Assembly (NCBI GenBank): GCA_028534125.1
Contig: CM052832.1
Span: forward strand, 12,526,001 to 12,590,000
DNA length: 64,000 bases
Direction of reading: 5' to 3'
Origin: Lama glama
Lineage: Eukaryota
Positions 48,471 through 60,165 of the stretch are shown here, piece by piece. A program made the translations under genes and the position numbers. Every line of letters starts with the position of its first letter. Within the stretch, counting starts at the first letter, position 1. The notes under the pieces were generated by a model that was given only the letters and a program-made list of their open reading frames with translations, did not search any database and was not told the DNA's origin.

Positions 48471-50994
48471 AAGGGTTGAAGGAAGGATGGAACTGAAAAC
48501 AGGCTCAGGACTTGCTCAAGAGGGGTTGAATGAATTGGTTATGTATGGGACAGATACTGGGCTGGGAGGAGGGTCACTTCACCCAGATCATTCACCTGGC
48601 TTGGCAATAAGCCAGATCATTCTCAAAAGGGCCAGCATGTCTAGGACTGGGCTAAAGTGAATACTCTGTGTTCTCCCAGACACTGGGGAGGCTCCTCCTC
48701 CCACCGCTGGAACTGATACCAAGCCCAGATCATAGAGCCTTGGAGACAGACCTGTGGTCAGCTGGCTGAGTGACTTCCATCAGGTCACTCAACCACTCTG
48801 AGTTCTGGTCTCCTCACTGTGAAACAAGGGCTTGGACAAAATGATCTCTCGGATTCCTCCTATCTTCAGCATCTTTCAATGAATGACGAAGCCGGACTTT
48901 GAAGGTGGAAGAAGTCCCAAAGTGCAGCTTGTAGATGGAGGAATGGGTGGGCAAGAAGGTGGAGCCAGATTCCACCCATTTATCTAGAAAAGCAGGGGCT
49001 GGAGGCAGGTCACCAGCAGACTGCATGCATCTGAGCCTTACTGGCAGGGCCTGAGGGAGTTATCCCCTCTCTGGAGGCATGCCCAGGCCCAGGAACTTTC
49101 TCTAGAGGGAGAAGAGTCCCAGAACAGTTTGCCACTTGGCCTCACCTCTTAAAGGGCAGAGAGAGCCTGGCATCTGGGAGAGAGCATTATCTAACTCTAG
49201 AGGCATCTGCAGTGGTCCCAGGGAGGGAAATAGAGTTTGTGAGACAGATTCAAGGAACCCTGAAAGGTTGGGAAAGGGATGAGGAGGAGAGAACTGGACC
49301 AGAAGTGTCAACTGACTCATAGACCTGGAGAATGTCAGAATTAAATATACCTGACACATTACCTACTCTAGCCCTGTCAGTTTACCAGTGAGGAAACAGG
49401 CCAGTGAGAGAAAGTAACTTGCCCAAGACTCCTCATCTATTACCAGCCAGCCTCCTGACTCTCAGCCTGGTTCTTTTCTGGACTACAGCTTTGTCCCTCT
49501 TCACACTCAGATCAAAACTGACTTGATTTCTGTCCCATTCTCTATGGGCTCCACTCTGGATTTTCTGTTGCTCCAGAAAGTGAACTGAGCAATTAATTTC
49601 ATTAAACTATGAGTTTAATATGTGGTCCTACTAGAATGTCAGCCCAACAAAGGCAGAGATGTTTGCTTTGTTTCCCACTATATTCCCAGGACATGGAACA
49701 GTATCTGGCATGTTACAGGAGTGTCTCACTGATCCCACCCTTAAATCACAGTCTGTTGGGTAATGTTCTAGGCACAAAGTGCACCAAATGGTGGACATTT
49801 CTGGCTTTGGTTGGGGGAGCTCTTTGAGATTTTTCCCCCCATATCAGGAGAGCTGTGCTCCCCATTCTCATCCTGAACACCCACTCCACTGGCCCCTGGG
49901 GAGCCTGTTCTATCCTTCTTCAGTCCCCCTCACTCAGTGTTCTCATCTGAGAATTTCCCCAGCTGGATCTGCTATAACACAGAGTCTCTCCCCTCTCTTT
50001 CACTCCCCTCTTCAAAACATCTTGTGGAACCCCATGCAGGAGATTAGGAGAACAGTACTTAAGACTCTCCCTCCCTCTTGGCCCCAGCCTGGCACCACCC
50101 TCGGAGCTGTTTTTCTGAAGATGTCAATTTCACGCTGCAAGCCTGCATTCCCAAATGCTCACTAGGCACCTCTTCCTGGATGGTTGTTGTGGGGGAGCAT
50201 CTGGGGGCCAACTGGGATTGGCTTATTGCCTTTCCAAAGGAGTGGACCAGCAGATGCCCAGAGATTGATGGCAAATGAAATGACAGCTGAAAAGTGCCAT
50301 ACCCATGTCAGGGAACAACCGCAGGTGAGAAAGTCCAGCAGTGAGTTAGGAGGGGGATGTCTTTAGAACTCATGAAGGTTCCCATGAGAGGAAGAGGCAG
50401 CTTTGCTCACATACTGAGCCCTGGGAGACTTCTGCTAAAGTATGAGACAGTACCAGGCAAGTATAACGTTTCCTGCTCCATGCCTCTACTACCCCTAAAC
50501 TTGGAGGGGCAGAAGTGGCCTGGTGAGTGGGGAAAGGTAACAGGGGCTCTAATGGGGAAAGAGAAGAGAAACAAGTGAAACCCGCCCCTCCCCTTCCCAC
50601 AGCAGGGGGCTGGCCACCTGGGGTGGACAGCCAGGAAGAGGCTTCAAATTTGTGTGAAGGTGCCTCTCTGGAAAGACGTAAACTGGGCTTTAAAAAACAC
50701 AAGATTTATCATGGAAAATGTTGAACATATCCCTAAGTAGAGAGAATGCTATAGTGGACTTCTGTGTACCATTGCTTAACTCCAGCTTTTATCAGCACGA
50801 GGCCAGTCTTGTTTCATCTAATTATCAAATGAAAGACTTTTTGTTACACAAGCAAACGAGAATTTTTACTGCCTAAAAGATATTTTGGCATTGTATGACC
50901 TTGAGATGGTGGCTTCCCCTCTCTGTGCTATAGTTATTGCAAGGTCATGATCCCTGTCCCATATCCCTTCTGACAGATGTAAGATGCTGACCAT

Positions 50995-51421
50995 CCCATT
51001 GGCAACAACATGAATGGACCTAGAGATTATCACATTGAGTGAAGTAAGTCAGAGAAAGACAAATATCATATGATATCACTTGTATGTGTAATATAAGAAA
51101 AAGATATAAATTCTATTTACAGACCAAAAACAGACTCACGGACAGAAAACAAACTATGGTTACCAAAGGGGAAAGAGCGGGGAGGGATAAATTAGGGGTT
51201 GAAGATTAACAGACACACATATATAAAATAGATAAACACCAAGGGGGGACCCATTGTATAGCACAAGGAACTATATTCAATTTCTTTTAATAACATACAA
51301 GGGAAAATCATCTGAAAAGTAATAATATATATGTATGTATATGTATAACTGAATCACTTTGCTGTACACCTGAAACTAACATTGTAAATCAACTACACTT
51401 CAATAAAAAATTGAAAAAAAA
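50995..51421 (+). mobile_element. 5'-truncated artiodactyl-type L1 with perfect TSD
   Basis: L1 3' end (atggacctagagattatcac...gaagtaagtcag...tgtacacctgaaactaac), aataaa and A tail; 14-bp TSD aagatgctgaccat at 50981-50994 and 51422-51435. Confidence 0.95.
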
Positions 51422-53089
51422 AAGATGCTGACCATGGAGATCCTCTGGGAATGATCACGTACTGGGTAGATGGGAGATGGTAATGATGACAGTGAGGATT
51501 ACCAGGATGAGAAAGTAAGTGGATGGCACGTATGTGGTTGGAGTGTGGGTAACATGCAATTAGCATGTAGTGACATGTGGTAGAATCTGGGTGGAGTGTG
51601 GTGACATGTAGTTACGTGCTGGTGTGTGGCTGGCATTTGATGGTATGTCAGTGGGAAACTGGGTGGTGCGTGGTTGGACGTAGATGGTGGCTGAGGAATG
51701 GGGTGTGAGGGTGTTGGCTAGTTTACTCTGGTCTCAGGGTATGTAATGATTTATCTGATTTGCCTTCCCTTGTGCCTTCCGTCCCAGCGGCTGAGAGCAT
51801 CTCATACATACCAAAGTTCTTATCACATCAAGAATTCATAATCATCCCAAAATATTCAATGGGGATATGAAATATTTACACATGAGGCGCCAGATGATGA
51901 AATGAAATGAGCCTATCCCCAGACCCCAGCAGAAACCTCTCTCCTGCAGGGACACAAGGGGGCTGAGAAGTGGAGGCATCTCCATGGGTCCCATCTCTCC
52001 TTCCAGAGCTCTTGTTCCCCCAAGGCACATACTATGTGTCCTTATTTGGTGGGGAGGAGCAAATCTCCAGACTCCTTCCTGCTGCCTCTGTAGACATCCC
52101 TTCTCTCACCCTCCCCAGAAGAGCAGGGATGCCTCTGCTTGGCAGGGGATGGCTGAGGGGGCAGCAGGAAAACTATGGGGCTTGTCCTATATCGCAGGAA
52201 CCCAGAATCTTGGAAATTGAAGCAATCACAGGATTCATTCATTCTTCTCTCCATCAGATGCTTTAGGAATCCTTATTTATCTGCTTGCTTAACTCCAACA
52301 ACTGGGAGCTCATTACCCTTATTTAATAGCAGGTGACTCGTGATTAGAAAGATTTCCTTGTATTGAAATGCCTGCCAATTGCACTCACCAACGCTCTTCA
52401 GTCTGGTGACCCTTCAGCTCCCTCTGAGGGTCACCTTGTTCATCCTGCTGCCAGTCTGGGTCCTCAATGTCTTGAGGCCCCCAGCCCTGCCAGCCGCCCT
52501 GGGATGCCCTGGTGCACAGATGGGCCCCTAAGCAGCCATAATGGCCTCGTCTGTTTAATTAGCATGCAATTAGCCTAATGCATATTTTAACATCACACCA
52601 GAGCTGCTCATCAATCACCTGTAGCTAGGGACAGACAGACAGTCAACCTGCAGAGCCAGGAGGAAGAAGGTCTTCTCAGTGACTTTTGGGGGACACAGCA
52701 CCCTTAGAGGGTTACAGAGCAGCCTGGAGGGCATGCCATTTTAAAAGGCTCAAAGTCCTTCCCTCCTGCTTCTAGAGCAAGAGGATGTTGCTCAGGCCTC
52801 AGTTTCCCCAGTTGCAGCTCTACCCCCGACCTGGGCCAGGTGAACTGGCTGTGGCTTCCTGCTAGTAATATTGATTCCTCAAGGATACTGCTTCCCCCAT
52901 CAGGCTGCAAATCCTTTGAGGACAAGAACCCTGTCTTCTCTCTTCTCTCCTGTCTGCTCCTCACTCCACCTGGAATTCCCAGCCAAGAACAGGAAGAGCC
53001 CTGGAATGGGTGTCAATACATGCATGCATATGTGTCTTTAGGCACAATCTGCTTTCTGCAGAGTCTGTTTTCACCATGATGGAGTGGAG

Positions 53090-53285
53090 AGGACAGGGGC
53101 TTGCAAGCTAGATCAGTGTTTCATTTCAGCTCTGCCATAGGCTAGCTGGGAGACCTTATGAAAGTGTCTTAACCTCTCTGAGTCTCCACTTCTTCAAATG
53201 CAAGTGGATTGTAATAATACATACCTTATAGGGTTGGTGGGAGAATTAAATGAGTTAACATAGTGCCAGCACCTACAGAGACTTA
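53090..53285 (+). mobile_element. MIR SINE
   Basis: cagctctgccat...cttaacctctctgagtctcc...gagaattaaatgagttaa. Confidence 0.8.
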
Positions 53286-54300
53286 AGACACAATGCTTTT
53301 CTCTCTTCCTTTCTCCCTCTTTGCCTTCCATCTCAGACTGTCTTGAATTCACAGGTCCCTCCGTGGACTCTGACGACTTTGCTGGTGGGAATGTAAGACA
53401 ATGGATCCCTGGGGGACAAAAGAACCCTTATTGTCAGTGCCGGGTAGAGTGAGGAGAGCTGGGGTTTGTGCTGAGCAGGGGGATATAGCTTTGGGTAGAT
53501 GAGGCAGGGCATTCCTGATTGACACATCTTCCATGAGGATAAACTAGAGTGTGACACTGTTACTGTCAGACCCTGAGAGGCAGAACACGGAGGAGCCTAA
53601 ATATTTCATGGTCAAATTCATCAATAATGAAGACTGAGACTAAATTACATAACTGTCACCTTTCTGTTAAATAATATTTTCTGCGAGGGGCTGGGAGGGG
53701 GCCATAGAGGCTTTTATTGCAAGTCATGAATGATTTAGACCAGCAAATACAAGGGATCCGGAGGAGAAGAGGAGAGAAGGATTTTCTAGAGTCACCTAAC
53801 TCATCATCCAGGGATGTCTGGTGGGAATCTGAATGGTGTGAGTGTCTTGGGAGAGAGGGTGCTGGGTGTACCTACAGGAAGGCTTTGGGGGTTGAGACAC
53901 AACTTCCAGAGCAGGACAGGGTGATTAGCATGCTAACCTGAGTCTCACTGTCAAATTGTTCCTTTCATGTGAAGGACAGAAAGGAGCTCCGAGACAACCA
54001 GAAATCAGGGGCTATGCCTCACCATCAAGCAGAGAGGTACTCCAAGTGCAGAGCCTTCTCTCTCCCATCAGACCAAGGGCTCCCTGAGAGCAGCAGCTGT
54101 GTCTCTGCCATCAGAATTGGAGCTGTGTGTCTCACCATGAACCTGGGAGCTACAAGGCCAGGGCCTATGCTTTCCTTATCAGAGTGCTCCCTGAGGGCAA
54201 GAGTGTTGTCTCCATCAGGCTTGGGAGCCCTCTCCAACAGGCTCCCTGACGGCATGGGCATGATCTGATGTCTGCCCTGATATCAGAGCAGGGGTTGCTG

Positions 54301-54781
54301 TGTTGTAGCAAAGTGTGTTACAGCTCAGTGTTACAGCTCAGTTGTCACAGCAACCTGGATCCAGGGGAGAGACCAAGCAGTATTTGGAAGGTTGGAGAAC
54401 TCAGGTTTATTATGCCATCAGGCCCACAGGAGTTAATATTTTAAGCTCTGGACCCCGTCTGTAGGTTTACACAGGCTTTTATAGGCTGCCAGTCTACACT
54501 TTGCAACATCATATGCAAATAAGGTATAACAAAAGTTGACTAATTAGGAACGAGCTTTGTAGAAATGGACCAATCAGGAGTGGTAGAAATGGACCAATCA
54601 GGAGTTAGCTCAGGGAACCAGTAGAATCTTAGGGGTAAGTTCCACTTTCCGAGAAGTAAGCTGTTTCAGAGGCAAAAAGCCAGATAAAGCTGCAAGGCCA
54701 GGAAACCGGATGGTGCTGGCAGGAGAGTAGTGGCCCTGCGTTGGGGTCCTGCCGGTCTTTTTCATGGGGCTTCCCACCTCA
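54301..54781 (-). mobile_element. Intact ERV1-class solo LTR (481 bp)
   Basis: TG...CA termini; perfect 4-bp TSD GCTG (54297-54300, 54782-54785); minus-strand TATAAAA (54477-54483) upstream of AATAAA (54406-54411); duplicated CCAAT unit. Confidence 0.9.
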
Positions 54782-54792
54782 GCTGGAGGGCA

Positions 54793-55292
54793 NNNNNNNN
54801 NNNNNNNNNNNNNNNNNNNNNNNNNNNNNNNNNNNNNNNNNNNNNNNNNNNNNNNNNNNNNNNNNNNNNNNNNNNNNNNNNNNNNNNNNNNNNNNNNNNN
54901 NNNNNNNNNNNNNNNNNNNNNNNNNNNNNNNNNNNNNNNNNNNNNNNNNNNNNNNNNNNNNNNNNNNNNNNNNNNNNNNNNNNNNNNNNNNNNNNNNNNN
55001 NNNNNNNNNNNNNNNNNNNNNNNNNNNNNNNNNNNNNNNNNNNNNNNNNNNNNNNNNNNNNNNNNNNNNNNNNNNNNNNNNNNNNNNNNNNNNNNNNNNN
55101 NNNNNNNNNNNNNNNNNNNNNNNNNNNNNNNNNNNNNNNNNNNNNNNNNNNNNNNNNNNNNNNNNNNNNNNNNNNNNNNNNNNNNNNNNNNNNNNNNNNN
55201 NNNNNNNNNNNNNNNNNNNNNNNNNNNNNNNNNNNNNNNNNNNNNNNNNNNNNNNNNNNNNNNNNNNNNNNNNNNNNNNNNNNNNNNNNNNN
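54793..55292. other. Assembly gap (500 N)
   Basis: Exactly 500 N. Confidence 0.99.
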
Positions 55293-55378
55293 GTTGATGA
55301 TGGCCTCTTAGCTGCCCCTTTCACACCTTGCAGGCATTTTTCTTGTGGGTTAGGCCCTTCCTTAAGAAGGAATGGAGG

Positions 55379-55689
55379 TAAGGGATAAATTGGGAGTTCG
55401 AGATTTTCAGATACTGACGAGTATATATGAAATAGATAAACAAGTTCATACTGTATAGCACAGGGAACTATATTCTATATCTTGTAGTAGCTTATGGTGA
55501 AAATGAAATATATGTTTATTTGAATATATGTATAAATATATGTATAAATGAAATATGAAAATGAACATATGTATATTCATGTATGACTGAAGCAATGTGC
55601 TGTATACCAGAAATTGACACAACATTGTAAACTGACTATGTTTCAATAAAAAAATAAAATAAAACATATAGAGAGCTTAAAAAAGAAAA
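55379..55689 (+). mobile_element. Camelid-type L1 3' end
   Basis: gggataaattgggagttcgagattt...tactgtatagcacagggaactatatt...ccagaaattgacacaacattgtaaactgacta plus A tail; TSD aagaaggaat(g/a)gagg at 55364-55378 and 55690-55704. Confidence 0.93.
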
Positions 55690-56198
55690 AAGAAGGAATA
55701 GAGGAGGGAGGAGGAGGGGCATCCACCTCTCAGTACCCAGTGTTCAAGCCGTGGTTTCTCCCTGACAATCCAGCTCTTGCAAGATCAATTTTTTTTTCCT
55801 CCAGAAAGCTGTTCACTTTTGCTGTGTGATTGGGGAGTTAATAGGTGGGAGCAACTCCCTGCCATGGCATTTTTATTTAAGTGGCATGAACACACTCTAC
55901 CTGGCCCTTCCTCTAAACCTTTACTATTGCTCCCACCATTCAGAATACCCTCCAGTCAAGCTATCTCCCCTATTCCTAAAGGCTCAGCTCAGACGTACCT
56001 CCTTTATCACACTTCTCACATCTCACATGATACAATTAAATTCTCCATTTGTGGTACTCCTACGTTGCAAAGACAACTGTGTAGGAGTTCTGTGTGGCTC
56101 TGAGGCCAACAAATCTTACACTGTAAGCTGGGTCAATGTCCTTCTTTTGTTTAGACTATATGTTCTTGGGGTTCAGCTTTGTGTGTCAAGACCTGGTA

Positions 56199-56393
56199 CA
56201 GTGGTATGTTAATAAATGTTTAACAGCCAGCTCTTTGGGGAAAAAGCCCTGCTTTGCAGCTGATTTGTCAATTTCTATGTTATAAATAATCCCAGCATGG
56301 CTCTCTTAAAGCTACCGACTGATGCCACTGAAGGTGCAGTTGAGAAGAGATGTCTACAGTCAGCTCGTATGAGCTGGTTCCAGCACACAATTG
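56199..56393. mobile_element. MER63-like hAT-Blackjack MITE
   Basis: cagtggtatgtt...aaatgtttaacagccagctct...gagctggttccagcacac. Confidence 0.7.
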
Positions 56394-56658
56394 CTGATTC
56401 ATGTCTATGCTCCAGAAATGCTGATATCAGTGAGTGCCTGGCACATAGTAGGTCCTCGATACATGTTTGAATGAATGAATCAATGAATGACTAAATCAAT
56501 GAATCCATAAATAAATGAATGGATGAAGAGCTGGATGAGTGGGTGGAATTAAACCAAGTGGCTACAGCGGTGGTGACTCACGGCTGGCTTTCGCAGGGGG
56601 AGGTGGGAGGAGAGAGGAGGTTGATCTGAGCTGGGCAGGGGCATTGTTAGCTCACACC

Positions 56659-56739
56659 AGGCAGATCCAAAGTATCCCAGTCCCCCATCCAGAAGGCACG
56701 AGGCCGATCCAAGGTATCCCAGTGCCCCATCCAGAAGGC
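56659..56739 (+). repeat. Tandem duplication, period 42 bp, two copies
   Basis: aggc(a/c)gatccaa(a/g)gtatcccagt(c/g)ccccatccagaaggc occurs twice. Confidence 0.9.
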
Positions 56740-57354
56740 CTTCCTGGGTCCCCCAGACTCCCCCCAACGCTGAGGCCGCTTTGCCTTCTCTCATAAATAA
56801 CCTGTAATGCCGCTGAGTGCGGTATTTTTGTTGGGGCTTTTGTTTCTTCAATCATGACAAAAGCCACACTAATGAGTTATTGGAAAAACCAAGCCCTGCT
56901 CCAGGCCAGAGAGGCTGGGTGAGCACAGAGGGGGAGGTGTGGAGCACGACGGCCCAGGCAAGGCAGGAGGCTAAGTGATTCCCTCAAGAGAGCGTGCCAG
57001 CTTGAGAGAGCGAATTTAAAAAGCCCTAATGGCTCATATGTTTCCAGGGCTTTCCAGTCCACACAGAATATGACAAGAAATCCTTCTCTGAGCAGGTGTC
57101 ATTAACATCCCACTGCTCCTAGGCATTTCCACCTCAGGGCCTTTGTACCCGCTGGTCCCTCTGCCTGGAACACCCTGGCTGCCAGGTATCCAATCGTCTC
57201 CCTCCCTCCCTTTACTCACGCCCTTGATCAAACTGAACATCACCTCCTCAGAGGGACTTCCCCTGACCACCGTGTCTAAAGTGACACCTCCTCTCATTCT
57301 CCATTGTCTTGTCCTGATTTAATTTTGTTTTTATAGCACTGATTGTAATCTGAT

Positions 57355-57750
57355 GTCTTGGATTGGATTTTACAGAAGCAGATCCCAAGACAAGGATTTG
57401 AGGGCAAGTAGTATTCAGTGACTCCAGGAAACACCCATGGGAGAATGGGGAAGTGATACAGGGGAGGGAAGGCTTCCAATAAAGGGTGCAGTAAATAATG
57501 TGGGGAACTCTGGGAGCCGGTGTGGGACACATACCTAAGAGACATCCTGCCCAAGAGGTGAAGGAGCTGGATGTTTATGTACCAGCTCTGTGAGTCACTA
57601 GCTGAGGGCTGCTCCCAGGGAGCTGGGGGTGTCTGGCTATTCTGGCTAGTATGTGGGCAGGCAAAGAAGGCTGTGGGCAAAGGCATTCAGGTGCTGCAAT
57701 TAGAAGTCAGCCTGAGGGCAGTGAAGTTAGTATATGAGCTGAGCACCCAC
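57355..57750 (-). mobile_element. Old ERVL-class LTR (LTR40/41-like) nested in L2
   Basis: cagaagcagatcccaagacaaggatttgagggcaagtagt...ggcttccaataaagggtgc; L2 flanks at ~57110-57354 and ~57765-57890. Confidence 0.65.
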
Positions 57751-59749
57751 AGGCTCTTCTAGAACTGACTTGACACAATTATGTTTGTCTCACCCACTAA
57801 AATGGAAGGGAGAGACGTTGCTGTGTTCACTGGTACATCCTCTATGCCTAGAACAGTGTCTGGTAATCATGACATTGTTGTTGAATGAATGGATGCCCAT
57901 TTTACAGAAAAAGAGGGTAAGGCTCAGAGACGTGAAGCACTGTGCCCAGATTAGATTCATTCACATCAGTATTTACTGAGCACCTACTTTGGGCCCAGCA
58001 CTCTAGTCTCTCTGACTCCAATTCCTGGGATCCTCCTAGTCATGTCTTCCCCGAGCCTGGGTCCTAGTGAGGAGGAGGTGGGACTTTCAGGACTCCATTC
58101 CATACCCCTTGGCACACAAATGCTCCTCTGCCCTTAGTCTGACCTGGCAAGGAGAGGTCTGAGAAGCCTTCAATGGAGGTTCAGGCATGAGCTAGGCAGC
58201 TAGGATGTACACTGAAATGTTATTTTGCCTTCTCCCATTTCACTTAGACTAATGACTGACATTTCCCTCTCCTTCATCCCAAGAAAGGAACCAAGGTCAG
58301 TGTCTGAGTCTGGTCTTTCTTGCCTCAAGAAGCTTTGGGTTTTGTTATCAATATGCAGCAGCAGGAACACCCCAGCCCAAGCTTGGAGGTGGAGGTCTCT
58401 TGCGGGGGAGTGAAGAGAGTATGGACTAGAGAAGGGAGGAGGAAAAAGTGACTTGACTAGGAGGGAGATGGGAGAAGGACCAGGAAAGGACAGAGACTGG
58501 GGGCTTTTTTGGGGGGCCTCGTCCCTGTGGACTGCAGTGCCAGATGAGGTAGCTATGGAGGCTGGATGGTAAGTGCTGAGGCCCTGAGGGAGGTCTCCAG
58601 GGCCCGCTTGTGGCCACTGAGAGGGCCGCTGTGGAGACCTCTCAGAGCCTGTCCAGGACAGCCAGCCGACTGAGGCCTTGCCCAGGGTTCAGAAGCCAAG
58701 GCAACAGGAGTCAATTACCATGGCAACCACAAGGCTCAAGGCCTCTTTCCCTGGGTCCTAGATTCTTCTATGACCCTGGAGACTCCCCCTAAACATAACT
58801 AAGGCTGATTTCTCAGCACTCTGGCAATTGGAGACTTGGGATCAGAATTTATTTGACTTGAAAAAATAAAACAGTATGACATTTATTGCATGTGGATGTT
58901 GCTGAGTAAATTCAAACCTACTCCAGTGCAGAGGGACCTGAGGGCCTCTGGATGAAGGGGACTGAGCTGAGGGGCACAATGCCAGCCTCCTGTCTGCTAG
59001 TGGGTCTGGCCAGGCAAAGCCAACCCCCAGGTCAGGCTCCTGACGGCTTGGAGGTCAGAGGAGACCACAGAGGAAACAATGAGGAACTTTTTAAAATTTA
59101 TTTGAAAATCACATTAGTTCTGATTACAAAAATAATACAAACTGCTTGCAAAAAATAGGAGAAAATAGAAACATATAAAGACAGAAATGCAGATTGCCCA
59201 TAATCCCATCACCCACAAAAATCATTAAAATGGTATTATATATCCTTCTCATCTTTATACAGTTTTTACATAATTGAGACCATATTAGTATTATTTGTAT
59301 AATTTATATTCTATCTATAGCAGACAAAGGCCCTTGAACTCTGCATGGAGAACAAATGAAGAACACACACACACAAACACTCCCACACAAACACACACAT
59401 CTGCACAGACAGTGGAGAATAGAGCGAGGGCAGACCACTGAACAGTAATGAATTCCCACCTTACTACTAAACAGCATTATTACCCTGAAAAAGTTACTTT
59501 ACCCTCTTTGTGCCTCAGTTTCTTAATCTGTAAAACGGGGTTAACTGCCTCCCTGCATTTTGAGGAGGGTCAAATGTGAAAGCCCTTTATCAGCTGTAGT
59601 GGTTATTACTAGACCATAATAAAAAGAGCCAATAGCCCTGCTTTTGGCATTTAATTTGCTGTGTGGCTTTGAGTCAATTGCTTAGTTTCTCTGGTCCTTA
59701 GCTACCTACTTATTTAAATGAAGGACTGGACTAGGATTTCTAATAATAA

Positions 59750-59945
59750 AACTAACAGTTTTTAGAATGCTTACTATTTGTTAGGCACAACATGGAATAC
59801 TTTATACGCATTTTCTCATTTAATGCCCCTAACAGCCCTATGAGGTTGGCACTATTCTTATCACCATATTATGGATGAGGAAACAGACCCAGAGAGGTTA
59901 AGTAACTTGCCTACTGTTGCTCAGCTAGTAGGCAGTAGAGCTTAG
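59750..59945 (-). mobile_element. MIR SINE
   Basis: ggatgaggaaacagacccagagaggttaagtaacttgcc. Confidence 0.88.
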
Positions 59946-59959
59946 GTAAAATTAAACAC

Positions 59960-60165
59960 TGAGTGCTGCTGTCAATCAAACTCCTTTGATGATGGAAGTG
60001 TTCTATATCTGCATTGTCCAAAATGATCTTCATTGGCTGTGTGTGACTGTTGAGCACTTGAAATGTGGCTAGAGTGACTGAGACACTGAATTTTAAATTT
60101 GACTTTATTTAAGCTTAAATAAATGCTAGTAGCCAGTGGTGGTGTGCTTGGCTGGCACAGCTCTA
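59960..60165. mobile_element. MER3-like hAT-Charlie MITE
   Basis: tgatggaagtgttctatatctgcattgtccaa...ttgagcacttgaaatgtggctag...gaattttaaattt. Confidence 0.85.
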
